A stretch of 64,000 nucleotides of DNA, taken from contig JARGFH010000004.1 in NCBI GenBank assembly GCA_029210695.1, forward strand, positions 1 to 64,000. The letters run 5' to 3'. Positions within the stretch are counted from its first letter, which is position 1. Each line of letters begins with the position of its first letter. The position numbers were made by a program, and so were the translations under genes. The DNA comes from Acidimicrobiia bacterium (GTDB lineage Bacteria > Actinomycetota > Acidimicrobiia > Spongiisociales > JAHEDJ01). Positions 44,255-53,903 of the stretch are shown in pieces. A model generated the notes under the pieces. That model saw only the letters and a list, made by a program, of their open reading frames with translations. It ran no database searches and had not been told where the DNA came from.

Positions 44255-44955
44255 GCGATGGCGTCCTGTTGTTTGTCGTGCTCCCGTATGTCGCGTTGGC
44301 GCTCGCGATTGTGGGCACGGTTTACCGGCTCAAATTCCGGAAGTTCTCTGTGTCTTCGCTGTCGACCCAGCTGCTGGAGAATCGTCAGCTCTTCTGGGGC
44401 TCGATCTCGTTTCATTGGGGGGTCCTGGCGATCCTCGTCGGTCACCTCCTGGCCCTTCTCGTCCCGGTCGGATTTCAGGCGTGGAATGGCGCCCCGGTGC
44501 GGTTGTATCTCCTCGAGATCACGGGATTCTCCCTCGGTCTGTGGGCGCTGGCGGGGCTGGTGGTGCTGATCCACCGGCGCCTTACCTCGCGGCGGGTGCG
44601 GGTGGTTACGACGCCGATGGATTTCGTAGTGCTCACGCTTCTACTCGCGCAGATCATCACCGGCCTATGGATCGCCGTCGGCTATCGCTGGGGTTCGTTC
44701 TGGGGTACCGGCGTGTTTGTGCCGTGGATCTGGTCGTTGTTGACCTTGCGGCCCCGACCGGAACTGGTGGTCAACGTCCCGCTCGTGCTGCAGACGCACG
44801 CCACCCTCTTCTGGTTGTTCCTGGTGGCGTTCCCGTTCTCAAGGTTGGTGCACATCATCACGGTGCCGTTCCAGTATCTAATCCGACCGTGGCAGTTGGT
44901 CACCTGGGTACGGCGCGACCAGAAGACCCCGACCAGGGTCGGAACCGGCGTCTGA
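44251..44955 (+). CDS. narI: Respiratory nitrate reductase gamma subunit (cytochrome b)
   Basis: PY.AL, FHWG...GH, H....FPFSRLVH heme ligands. Confidence 0.95.
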   Translation: MSDGVLLFVVLPYVALALAIVGTVYRLKFRKFSVSSLSTQLLENRQLFWGSISFHWGVLAILVGHLLALLVPVGFQAWNGAPVRLYLLEITGFSLGLWALAGLVVLIHRRLTSRRVRVVTTPMDFVVLTLLLAQIITGLWIAVGYRWGSFWGTGVFVPWIWSLLTLRPRPELVVNVPLVLQTHATLFWLFLVAFPFSRLVHIITVPFQYLIRPWQLVTWVRRDQKTPTRVGTGV

Positions 44956-44965
44956 CCCTTCCCCA

Positions 44966-45022
44966 CTCGTTCTGGCGTCAGAAAGCGCGCAATTCTGGCC
45001 GGTTCCTGACGCCAGAAGGGGT
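44966..45022. repeat. REP-like palindrome, copy 2
   Basis: Differs from 33708-33765 by 3 substitutions and a 1-nt deletion; same orientation. Confidence 0.85.
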
Positions 45023-45128
45023 TACCTGCCACAAAGTACCTCTTGCGCATTGCTAACCGCCCGGTAAGCTGCGCGCGGCTTCGACCGTCCCGGCTCAAGA
45101 TCCGGGGCGCTCGTGCCGATTCCTTTCT

Positions 45129-45797
45129 ATGAACGCCCCCACCTTCCAACCCCCCTCGCTTCGTTCGCTCGCGCGACATGCCATCCGCCCACTGCTCGAG
45201 GGTGTGGTTATTCCGCTGGCTTTGTTCTATGTCTTCCTGTGGATTGTCGGGATTTGGGGAGCGATCGGAGTTGCCCTCTTCTGGTCGTGGGGAGCGGTTG
45301 CATATCGAGTGCACCGACGCCAGCGCGTCCCCGGGATCCTCTTGCTGGGCGCACTTGGGATGACTGTGCGCACCGTGCTGGCAATCTCGACCCGGTCGGT
45401 GTTCTTCTACTTCCTCCAGCCGACGCTCGGTACCGTCGTCGTGGCTGCCGCCTTCTTGCTCTCCGTTCCGGCCGGTCGACCGCTGGCCGCCCGGCTCGCC
45501 GAGGACTTTCTGCCGATGCCGGACGCCTTTCGGAGTCATCCGGCTGTGCGAAGCTACTTCCTCCGCATCACCCTCTTGTGGGCGCTGGTGCAACTCGCCA
45601 ACGCCGCTCTGGGGTTCTGGTTGCTCGTCAGTCAGCCGGTTCCCGTCTTTCTGGCTGCCAAAACGGCCGGAACGCTCGCACTCACTGCGGCGGCCATCGG
45701 CGTTTCAACCTCTGTGTTCTTCCGATCGATGCGCCGTCACGGACTGCTCGCAACCGCCATCCCGGCATTGCCCGTCAGCACGCATATCGTGGTTTGA
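45129..45797 (+). CDS. VC0807/septation-family-like membrane protein
   Basis: Several TM helices; FLQP, S...GRPL..RLA.DF, F.RITLLW. Confidence 0.7.
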   Translation: MNAPTFQPPSLRSLARHAIRPLLEGVVIPLALFYVFLWIVGIWGAIGVALFWSWGAVAYRVHRRQRVPGILLLGALGMTVRTVLAISTRSVFFYFLQPTLGTVVVAAAFLLSVPAGRPLAARLAEDFLPMPDAFRSHPAVRSYFLRITLLWALVQLANAALGFWLLVSQPVPVFLAAKTAGTLALTAAAIGVSTSVFFRSMRRHGLLATAIPALPVSTHIVV

Positions 45798-46534
45798 TGC
45801 AAGGTCTGCAATTCGTCACTCGCGACGGCTTCACGTTGCAGGGTCGCTGGTTGCCGGCAACCTCTAATCCTCGTGGAACCGCCGTAGTCATTGCCCACGG
45901 GTTCACTGCGTCGAAGGACGATCCAGAGGTTGACGAGTTCGCTCGCGGATTGGCCGATGCCGGCCACGACGTGCTGACGTACGACTCCCGGGGTCACAAC
46001 GATTCTGAAGGCCTGTGCACTTTGGGAGACAGCGAGCAGTTCGATGTGGAGGCAGCTGTGCGAGAGGCCAGGTTGAGATCCGGCACGGTGGTGGTGTTCG
46101 GTGCATCGATGGGAGCCATCGCCGCCTTGCGTTATGCCGCCACTGACCATGGGCTGGCCGGCGCCGTGAGCCTCAGTTCACCGGCGCGGTGGCGAGTCCC
46201 GAGGAGTGCCTCGGCAGTTCTGGCGATACTCATGACCCGGACGAAACTCGGCCGCTACCTGGCCGCCCGGTTTCTGCGGGTTCGCATCCACCCGCTATGG
46301 ACGAATCCACCTCCCCCCGAGGCTCTGGTCTCGAGTATCAGGGTGCCTCTCGCCGTGGTCCACGGACAGGCCGATTCTTTCATCCACACCGGCGAGGCGA
46401 GACGACTGGTGCTGGCGGCGGTCGGACCAACTCGCCTCGAGCTTGTCCCACGCATGGGGCATGCATTCGACAGGAGGGGCATCCCCTCAATTCGTCGGGC
46501 AATCGATTGGGCACTGGCGACGGCTCCAGCCTGA
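45797..46534 (+). CDS. Alpha/beta-fold hydrolase
   Basis: AHGF, D.RGH.DS.G, GASMG nucleophile elbow, HG.AD, GH; TGATG coupling. Confidence 0.9.
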   Translation: MQGLQFVTRDGFTLQGRWLPATSNPRGTAVVIAHGFTASKDDPEVDEFARGLADAGHDVLTYDSRGHNDSEGLCTLGDSEQFDVEAAVREARLRSGTVVVFGASMGAIAALRYAATDHGLAGAVSLSSPARWRVPRSASAVLAILMTRTKLGRYLAARFLRVRIHPLWTNPPPPEALVSSIRVPLAVVHGQADSFIHTGEARRLVLAAVGPTRLELVPRMGHAFDRRGIPSIRRAIDWALATAPA

Positions 46535-46575
46535 AACCGCAACTCGCGACTAGAAACTCGCGACCCGCGACTACC
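46535..46575. repeat. Degenerate heptamer tandem repeat
   Basis: AACCGCA ACTCGCG ACTAGAA ACTCGCG ACCCGCG ACTACC between convergent genes. Confidence 0.6.
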
Positions 46576-47404
46576 TCTCATCCCACCACCAGGCGAGGCC
46601 CGTAAGGCTTGGTCCGGAATGCATCACCATTACGGTGCCGAAATAGCCCATGAACTCGGTTTCCGGTTCAACTTCCGACCGGACCGCGTCCAGCAGACGA
46701 ACGGCGGTCTCTGCTCCCAGGGCGTGCAGGCCGGCGATGTGGAGGCGGGCGTTGCCAGGATTCGATGACCGCCAGATATCCAACAAGCGTTCACTGGCAG
46801 ACTCGTCGCTCAGAGCCGGGCGGAGAGCATGCACCTTCCCGTGGCGAACCTCGACCAGAGGCTTGACCCCCACCATGTCTCCCGCCCGGGCGGCGATGTA
46901 CGGGACGTGGCCTCCTCGTGCCAACCAGCCCAGATCGTCCAGTCGAGCGACCAGCCGGACCCGCCCGGCGATGTACTCAGCCTCGCCGGCTACCGCATCG
47001 AGCGACCAGCCGAGGTTGGCGCATCGAGTGGCGCCGAGGACGGCCAGCCCCTGCGCGCCGGCTGCCGTCCGCGAGTCGAGGACCCGTGTAGGGACCGATG
47101 AGAGCCGCGACGCAGTGTGGGCGCTGTCGTGGGTTCCGGAGGCGAGCCCACAAGAGACGGTGACGATCAGCACGCCGTCATCGGTTCCGTGCTCCTCGAT
47201 CGCTTGCAGGAAGTCACCCGGCGACGGTCCTGAAGTCGTGAAGCCTTCATCGATGCGCTCTACAACCTCCTCGAGGCCCATTTCGCCGTCGAGGTAAGAC
47301 TTTTCCCCGAGCGTGAATCGCTCGGGGACGACGATCACTCCCGTCTCATTCGCTACCCCGGAGGGGATGGTGGCAACGCTGTCGGTGATAACGGTGACGG
47401 TCAT
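46571..47404 (-). CDS. DegV-family fatty acid-binding protein
   Basis: VITDS, TTS.PSPG, DSRT...AQG, L.RGG, VKPL, HSGP. Confidence 0.9.
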   Translation of the reverse strand: MTVTVITDSVATIPSGVANETGVIVVPERFTLGEKSYLDGEMGLEEVVERIDEGFTTSGPSPGDFLQAIEEHGTDDGVLIVTVSCGLASGTHDSAHTASRLSSVPTRVLDSRTAAGAQGLAVLGATRCANLGWSLDAVAGEAEYIAGRVRLVARLDDLGWLARGGHVPYIAARAGDMVGVKPLVEVRHGKVHALRPALSDESASERLLDIWRSSNPGNARLHIAGLHALGAETAVRLLDAVRSEVEPETEFMGYFGTVMVMHSGPSLTGLAWWWDER

Positions 47405-48066
47405 TGGCCACTGCTCCCCGGTTGGCGACGTGCCCATTCGATCGGCGGAGGTGAATCCTGGTCGAACACGAGGCGGATGAACCTCGTCTTCCAGGGCTTC
47501 GCACCCCCCGCTGGTTGATTACCTGCGATGCGCTTGGCCAGGATCGGGAGAACGACGGCGACGGCGGCGATTGCTCCGCCGCGCCCGCGCTTGGCTGCCA
47601 GCACCGGGATGAGAGCCAGGTAGGAAAAGAGTGCGCCCACCGAAGTCAGCCGCGCCATACGGCCGACGGTGACCCCTCCCAACAGAACGAGGCTCCCCTG
47701 CCATCCGTTAACGAGGAGGGCACCCATGGCGGGGGATATGCCCCTGCCGCCTGCCCCGCCAAGGAAGATCGACCAATTGTGACCGATCACCGCGGCCCCA
47801 CCTGCGAGGGCTGCCAGCATCGGGCTGGCGCTCCCTGCCACGAGCGGACCGGTCGTTCCCTTGGCGACATCGAGGATGCCGCCGACGAGCAACGGCCCAA
47901 GGCCGGCCTCGTAGTACAGCCCCGAACCTGAAACGGTCCCCGTGCCGACCTCGCGCAAGTCAACGCCCTTCGTCCTACGAGCCACGAGATTCGAAAACGG
48001 GACGGAACCGGCCAGGTACCCGAGACCGATGGCTGCGACGGGCCGGAAGCAGGCTCTCAATCCCAT
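47401..48066 (-). CDS. plsY: Glycerol-3-phosphate acyltransferase
   Basis: GYL.GS.PF, DLR..GTG, D.AKG, GHNW..FL...GGRG; TAGTCT 6 nt before ATG. Confidence 0.82.
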   Translation of the reverse strand: MGLRACFRPVAAIGLGYLAGSVPFSNLVARRTKGVDLREVGTGTVSGSGLYYEAGLGPLLVGGILDVAKGTTGPLVAGSASPMLAALAGGAAVIGHNWSIFLGGAGGRGISPAMGALLVNGWQGSLVLLGGVTVGRMARLTSVGALFSYLALIPVLAAKRGRGGAIAAVAVVLPILAKRIAGNQPAGGAKPWKTRFIRLVFDQDSPPPIEWARRQPGSSGQ

Positions 48067-48134
48067 GGACTCAGACTATGCGATTGAGCAGCGGGCATTC
48101 GCAAATGCCCGGGATCACCGGGGGTCGACGACGT

Positions 48135-48329
48135 TCAAACCAGAAGGACGATTCCGATGACGATGGCGGCGATACCCCAGACGATGAAGAAGATCACCGT
48201 ACCGGTTTCGGTCAGAGCACTCACAAAACCCTGGATCTTCTTGATGTTCCAAATGGCCGGCGGCTTCATGAAGGCTATGGCCACCACCGCGATGCCGTAG
48301 ACGATGAGGACGATGCCGAGTGCCGTCAT
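48135..48329 (-). CDS. Small two-TM hypothetical protein
   Basis: 64 aa, two hydrophobic helices; TATGCT 6 nt before ATG. Confidence 0.7.
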   Translation of the reverse strand: MTALGIVLIVYGIAVVAIAFMKPPAIWNIKKIQGFVSALTETGTVIFFIVWGIAAIVIGIVLLV

Positions 48330-48400
48330 GCTGCGAGCATATCCGCCCGGTTCAACTCCATCCAGGGCCGAGAGTCCCAGTTGGCCGGCGAACGACCCCG

Positions 48401-48440
48401 GTCTCACCAGATCTTCAAGTCGTCTTCAGGGGCTTCTTAC
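48401..48440 (+). promoter_or_regulatory. Direct repeats with 11-bp period upstream of the SHOCT-like gene
   Basis: GTCTCA (48401), TCTTCA (48412), TCTTCA (48423), TTCTTA (48434). Confidence 0.5.
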
Positions 48441-48482
48441 ACCCCTGGACCACACTTCATAGCGACATGCAAGGAGAAAGCG

Positions 48483-48788
48483 ATGGTGTTGGCTGATCTC
48501 GGTCGAAGAGGTTTTGTGAGTGGTCACATGGACGGTTTCGGGTACTGGTACCTCGTTCCGATCCTGGTGGTTCTTGCGGTGATCGTGACTCTCGGCGTGG
48601 TGCTCTTCAACCAACGCGGCCGGTTCGCTACAGAAGATCCCCTTCGGCGGGTGGCTGGTCGATATGCAGCCGGAAAGATCGAACGAGTCGAGTTCGAACG
48701 AGTCCAGCGCGATCTACTCGCAATGGAGGCGGGCCGCTTGCCTGGAAACGAGCATGAAGGTGATGGAGGCGACTCACCGGCAAGTTGA
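48483..48788 (+). CDS. Small membrane protein with SHOCT-like domain
   Basis: AAGGAG RBS; one TM helix; DPL....RYAAGKI...EFER. Confidence 0.72.
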   Translation: MVLADLGRRGFVSGHMDGFGYWYLVPILVVLAVIVTLGVVLFNQRGRFATEDPLRRVAGRYAAGKIERVEFERVQRDLLAMEAGRLPGNEHEGDGGDSPAS

Positions 48789-48794
48789 GATCGG

Positions 48795-50597
48795 CTAGGC
48801 CGATTCCGGTTCGGAAACTGTCAGCCAGATGAGCGTGTCGCCTCCTCGAAGTCCGGACAGGGTCCGCTCGGAAGTATCTGCGGTCACCACGCTCAATCGT
48901 TCCTTGCGGACCACGAAGGCAGGACGGACCCCACCCTCCTGCTCCATGAGATCATCAGCGCCGAATGAATCGGACAACTCCGTCCGACGGAGTACAACCC
49001 CGGATTCGAACTCATGACGGAGTGTCTCGTAGTCGAAGTCATCGCCGAACAACGTGCGGCCGCCGAGGTGGGCTCCGCTGATCTCGATTCCGGCCGGTAG
49101 CGCGGCGGCGGGCAGCTGATACGTTTCCGCACCGCCGAAAACATCGGTGAATCGTTGACAGGCCAGCGTGTTGACTTCATCGTTTGGAGTCAGCGCCAGG
49201 AGTCGACCGATACCGGACAGTTCGAGTTCGAGATCGATGTCCTCGTCGAGAACGTTGCCGTAGAAGGTTGTGAGCCCGTCCATTCTCGCCCAGTACTCGT
49301 CGGTGCGGTTGGTGGTCGCCATGACGATCGAAATCCCGGAGTCGTGCAACGCTCGGGCGATTGAGTGCTCGACGACTCCGGCACCAACGATCAGGATGCC
49401 CTGCTGGTTGCGTTCGGCCAATCCGAGCCGCCTGGCAAGCGGCCCGGTGCCGAGGCCGTAGAGAATGACGGTGGCCATGATCACCGCGAACGTGAGAGGC
49501 ACCAGCTTCTCAGCTCCGGCATAGCCCCTGGACTCTAATTCGAGTGCGAACACGGACGCGATCGAAGCTGCCACGATCCCGCGCGGTGCCACTCCGGCCA
49601 GCAGCCAGCGCTCGGCCCTCGAGAGATCAGATCGCCAGGTCGCTACGGCGACGGCGAGAGGACGTCCGATCATGACCAGCGCGGCGATGAGACCGACGGT
49701 TCCGAATCCGAGCAGGGCGAGATCGTCGGTGGTGAGACGGGCGCTGAGGATGATGAAGAGCGCTCCGATCAGCAAGACCCGCACGACCTCCGAGAAACGG
49801 AGTATCTGTTCGGTGCGGATCGGACGGTGATTCGCCAGGATCAGCCCCAGGACGGTGGTGGCGAGCAACCCGGACTCGTGGATGAACGCGTTCGAGATGG
49901 TGAATGCGGCGAGGGCCGCGGCAATGCCTACCAGTGAGAGGAGTTGCTCCGGCACCCAGTGCCGTCGCAGCGGGATGATGGTGAGTACCGCCATAATGCC
50001 GCCGGCCAGGACTCCTACGACGACGAACATCAGAACGTCCGCTCCGATCGACAGCGGAGAGCTCTCGTCGAAACCGATCAGCAAGAAATCGTAAGTGAGT
50101 ACGGCCACCATCGCACCGATACCGTCGATGAAGATGCTCTCCCACTTGAGGATCGACGAGACAGAACGGCTCGGTCGAACACTGCGCAGGATCGGCCCCA
50201 CGACCGTCGGTCCGGACACCACCAGGATTGAACCGAGGAGGAATGCTGCACCGGTCGGGAGGTCTGTGAACAGCAGTGCCGCACCGCTTCCGACCATCCA
50301 TGTGATCAGCACGCCCGCCGACACCAGAAGCCAGATGACGCGTTGCTGGCCCTCGATTTCTCTCAGGCGGAGGCTCAACCCTCCCTCGAAGAGAATGATG
50401 CCGACTGCCAAAGACACGACCGGAGTGAGGATCTCGCCGAATAGAGCATCGGGATCGATGAGTCCGAATCCGGGGCCGGCAATGAGCCCGACCGCCATGA
50501 GCAGCAGAATCGAGGGTATGTGGAGCCGCCCGGCGAGCCATGTAGCGCCAACCGCGACGATGACCAGTAGTGCGATCTGAACGGACGGGTCTTTCAC
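48795..50597 (-). CDS. CPA1-family (NhaP-type) Na+/H+ antiporter with C-terminal Rossmann-like domain
   Basis: IILFEGGL, GPTVV.P.L, LKWE.I.ID, APRGIVAAS. Confidence 0.9.
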   Translation of the reverse strand: MKDPSVQIALLVIVAVGATWLAGRLHIPSILLLMAVGLIAGPGFGLIDPDALFGEILTPVVSLAVGIILFEGGLSLRLREIEGQQRVIWLLVSAGVLITWMVGSGAALLFTDLPTGAAFLLGSILVVSGPTVVGPILRSVRPSRSVSSILKWESIFIDGIGAMVAVLTYDFLLIGFDESSPLSIGADVLMFVVVGVLAGGIMAVLTIIPLRRHWVPEQLLSLVGIAAALAAFTISNAFIHESGLLATTVLGLILANHRPIRTEQILRFSEVVRVLLIGALFIILSARLTTDDLALLGFGTVGLIAALVMIGRPLAVAVATWRSDLSRAERWLLAGVAPRGIVAASIASVFALELESRGYAGAEKLVPLTFAVIMATVILYGLGTGPLARRLGLAERNQQGILIVGAGVVEHSIARALHDSGISIVMATTNRTDEYWARMDGLTTFYGNVLDEDIDLELELSGIGRLLALTPNDEVNTLACQRFTDVFGGAETYQLPAAALPAGIEISGAHLGGRTLFGDDFDYETLRHEFESGVVLRRTELSDSFGADDLMEQEGGVRPAFVVRKERLSVVTADTSERTLSGLRGGDTLIWLTVSEPESA

Positions 50598-50803
50598 CTG
50601 TGCCTCTCGAGTGTGGGCCTAGAAGATACTCGCTCGAGCGGATGACGGAAACAGGCTCAGCCGGGAGCGAACTCGGTGGATTTTCTGGTCGGCTGCCCGT
50701 CTGTGTCGCTATGTTGAAGCGATGTTCGGCCGAATTCCGGACTGGAGGGAGGATCAGCAGTGTTTCTAATGCTCACGGCGTGTGTCTGTCTCCGGGAGAG
50801 ACG

Positions 50804-52462
50804 ATGAGCAAACCGGCAATTGTCGCAGTCGATGACGATCCGCAAGTGCTTGCCTCGGTCGCCCGTGATCTGAGACGTCACTACGGTGAGGACTACCGGA
50901 TTGTGCGGGCGTCGTCCGGCGTGGACGCACTCCAGACGGTGCGTGAACTGCAGAGCCGCGGGGATGTCGTGGCCCTGTTCCTCGTGGACCAACGGATGCC
51001 GGAGATGAGCGGCACGGAGTTCCTCGCCGGGGCAATCGCCTTCTATCCAGATGCCGGAAAGGTGCTGCTCACCGCCTACGCGGACACCGAGGCTGCGATT
51101 GCCGCCATCAATGACGTGGGCCTTGATCACTATCTGATGAAGCCGTGGGATCCACCGGAGGAACATCTCTATCCGATACTCGACGACCTGCTTGATGACT
51201 GGCAGGCGGATAATCCGGCCCCCTACGACGGCATCCGGGTGATCGGTGCCCGCTGGTCACCGGACAGCTACGACGTCAAGGACTTCTTGTCACGGAATCA
51301 GGTGCCCTATCGGTTCATGGATATCGAAGAGGATCCGGACGCCCGGGCTGTGGTATCCGCCGGGGAGGCCGTAGCCCGGCTGCCGCTGGTCTTGTTCCCG
51401 GACGGGACGAGACTCGAGCAACCCGACCACCGCCTGCTTGCCGAACACGCCGGATTGCACACGTCGCCGTCCACCACTCATTACGACCTGGTGATCATCG
51501 GGGCCGGTCCGGCCGGTCTCGGTGCCGGGGTGTACGGGGCATCCGAAGGTCTCCACACCGCCCTGATCGAGCGACACGCAACGGGAGGTCAAGCAGGAAC
51601 CTCTTCCCGGATCGAGAATTATCTGGGTTTTCCTAAGGGGATCAGTGGGGCCGATCTGGCCCGTCGGGCCACGGCGCAAGCCGAGCGCCTCGGCGCGGAG
51701 ATCCTCACGGCCGTAGAGGCGACCTCGGTTCGGGTTGAAGACCCGACGAAGATCGTGACGCTCAACGATGGCACGGAACTCAGCTGCCGTGCCCTATTGA
51801 TCGCCACCGGTATGACCATTCGTACCCTCGACGTACCCGGTGCCGGGCCTCTGATTGGTGCCGGCATCTGGTACGGCGCCGCCGTGTCGGAAGCTGTTAC
51901 ATATCGCGGAGAGGACGTCTTCGTCATCGGTGGTGCCAACTCTGCCGGTCAGGCGGCGATGATGCTGTCCAAGTTCGCCGGGACCGTGACCATCATCGTC
52001 CGCGGCGACTCCCTGGAGGCCCGAATGTCGCAGTACCTGGTTGATCAGATTGCCGCCACTGAGAACATCCGGGTTCTATTGAGCAGCGAAGTAGCAGGGG
52101 TCGAAGGTAGCGGGCGCCTGCAGGGACTTACCACTCGCAACCGGGTCGATGGGAACGAACAGAACCATGAGGCTGCCGGCCTCTTCGTCTTCATCGGTGC
52201 CGTCCCCCACTCGGGGTTCGTGGAGGGAGTCGTCGAACGAGACGCCAAGGGGTTCATCCTGACGGGGACCGACCTCATGGTCGACGGTGTGAGACATCCA
52301 GCCTGGCCACTTGCCCGTGATCCATTTCTCCTGGAAACCAGCGTTCCCGGCATCTTCGCCGCAGGAGACGTCCGCGCCAATGTGATCCGCCGGGTCGCCT
52401 CAGCTGTCGGGCAGGGGGCTACCGGGGTGAGCTTCATTCACAAGTACCTCGAGACTGCATGA
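50804..52462 (+). CDS. Response-regulator receiver fused to thioredoxin-reductase-like flavoprotein
   Basis: VDDD, DQRMP, KPW receiver; GAGPAG, GGANSAGQ, TSVPGIFAAGD; CxxC position reads YGAA. Confidence 0.9.
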   Translation: MSKPAIVAVDDDPQVLASVARDLRRHYGEDYRIVRASSGVDALQTVRELQSRGDVVALFLVDQRMPEMSGTEFLAGAIAFYPDAGKVLLTAYADTEAAIAAINDVGLDHYLMKPWDPPEEHLYPILDDLLDDWQADNPAPYDGIRVIGARWSPDSYDVKDFLSRNQVPYRFMDIEEDPDARAVVSAGEAVARLPLVLFPDGTRLEQPDHRLLAEHAGLHTSPSTTHYDLVIIGAGPAGLGAGVYGASEGLHTALIERHATGGQAGTSSRIENYLGFPKGISGADLARRATAQAERLGAEILTAVEATSVRVEDPTKIVTLNDGTELSCRALLIATGMTIRTLDVPGAGPLIGAGIWYGAAVSEAVTYRGEDVFVIGGANSAGQAAMMLSKFAGTVTIIVRGDSLEARMSQYLVDQIAATENIRVLLSSEVAGVEGSGRLQGLTTRNRVDGNEQNHEAAGLFVFIGAVPHSGFVEGVVERDAKGFILTGTDLMVDGVRHPAWPLARDPFLLETSVPGIFAAGDVRANVIRRVASAVGQGATGVSFIHKYLETA

Positions 52463-53850
52463 CCCTCGTCGAGCGCCTTCGGACCGTACCGCTCTTCTCA
52501 GACCTCCGGGACGAGGACCTCGAACGTCTTTGTGTAGGCACCGAGCAGCTCGAACTGCCGGCCGGCGTAGTCCTGTTCGCAGAGGGCGATCCGGGCGATC
52601 GGGCATTCGTGGTCCTCGACGGTCAGATCGAGATCGTGAAGGCAGCCGCTGGAGGCGAGGTGCTGCTGGCCGTCCAGTCGGATGGAGTGGTCGGTGAAAT
52701 GGCCCTGTTGGAAGACGCGCCGAGAAACGCGTCCGTTCGAGCCAGGACGGATACAACGCTGCTCGCCATTCCAAAAGCACAACTCGACCAGCTTCTCGAT
52801 TCCAGCCCATCGGCGGCACGGGCGTTCTTCGAGGTGATGCTCGACCGGTGGCGGGACACGCAATCGAGCCTGCAACAGTCGGAACGAATGGCACAGCTCG
52901 GTACCCTGACCGCCGGGCTCGCTCACGAACTGAACAACCCCGCCGCGGCAGTCAATCGGAGTGCCGGCCAGTTGATGGAGGCAATGGTGCGCTACGGGGA
53001 TGCGCGGTCTGCCACTGCTGCCAGCCTCGACCCGACCGAACTCGAATTCGTTGCGGCGACCCTCGAGGCGCTCCACGAGAGAAAGGGGGTTGGCTCGTCC
53101 CTCTCGGCGATGGATCGAACCGATCGCGAAGACGCCATCGAGGAGTGGCTGGTCGAGCACGGCGTCGATCGAAGCTGGGAGCTGGCGCCCGGCCTGACCG
53201 AGGCCGGCATCTCGGTGGAACAGCTGACGGCTCTGGCCGATCGGGTCGATGCCGGCCGGCTTGCCGCCGTGATCGGTCTGCTCGACGCGGCCCAGGATCA
53301 GCTCTCGATGCTGCATCAGATCGAAGAAGGGACCCGTCGGATGTCCGCCATCGTCAAGGCTCTGAAATCGTACGCTTATCTGGATCAAGCGCCGGTTCAG
53401 AACGTAGATGTGACGGCGGGCCTCGACGACACTCTCCTGTTGCTCGCCCACAAGGCCAAAGGCGTCGACGTGCAGCGTGACTACGCAGTGGAACTGCCTC
53501 ACATCGAGGCGCTCGGTGGCGAACTGAATCAGGTGTGGACCAACTTGATCGACAACGCGCTCTATGCGCTCGCAGGGCGAGAGGACGGGCGGCTCATCGT
53601 GCGGGCCCGGCCTTCCGAGTCGGGGGTGGTGGTCGAGATCGAAGACAACGGCCCGGGAATTCCCGCAGATATCCAGTCGCGCGTTTTTGACTCGTTCTTC
53701 ACAACCAAGCCGCCGGGGTCCGGGACGGGCCTGGGGCTCGACATCAGCCGCAACATCATCATCCACCACCACGGGGGAAACCTCACGGTTGAATCCGAGC
53801 CGGGCCGGACGGTCTTCAGGGTGGAGCTGCCGCTGACGCAGGGGAAATAG
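52459..53850 (+). CDS. Cyclic-nucleotide-binding-domain sensor histidine kinase (soluble)
   Basis: PLF, EGD.G, GEMALL...PRNASVRA; AHELNNP, NLIDNA, FFTTK, GTGLGL. Confidence 0.92.
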   Translation: MTLVERLRTVPLFSDLRDEDLERLCVGTEQLELPAGVVLFAEGDPGDRAFVVLDGQIEIVKAAAGGEVLLAVQSDGVVGEMALLEDAPRNASVRARTDTTLLAIPKAQLDQLLDSSPSAARAFFEVMLDRWRDTQSSLQQSERMAQLGTLTAGLAHELNNPAAAVNRSAGQLMEAMVRYGDARSATAASLDPTELEFVAATLEALHERKGVGSSLSAMDRTDREDAIEEWLVEHGVDRSWELAPGLTEAGISVEQLTALADRVDAGRLAAVIGLLDAAQDQLSMLHQIEEGTRRMSAIVKALKSYAYLDQAPVQNVDVTAGLDDTLLLLAHKAKGVDVQRDYAVELPHIEALGGELNQVWTNLIDNALYALAGREDGRLIVRARPSESGVVVEIEDNGPGIPADIQSRVFDSFFTTKPPGSGTGLGLDISRNIIIHHHGGNLTVESEPGRTVFRVELPLTQGK

Positions 53851-53858
53851 ACACTCTC

Positions 53859-53900
53859 AGGTCTTAGGTTCTAGGTTTTGGGTTCTGGGTTGCAGGTGTC
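53859..53900. repeat. Heptamer tandem repeat (RGGTYYT-like, six units)
   Basis: AGGTCTT AGGTTCT AGGTTTT GGGTTCT GGGTTGC AGGTGTC between convergent genes. Confidence 0.65.
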
Positions 53901-53903
53901 CGA

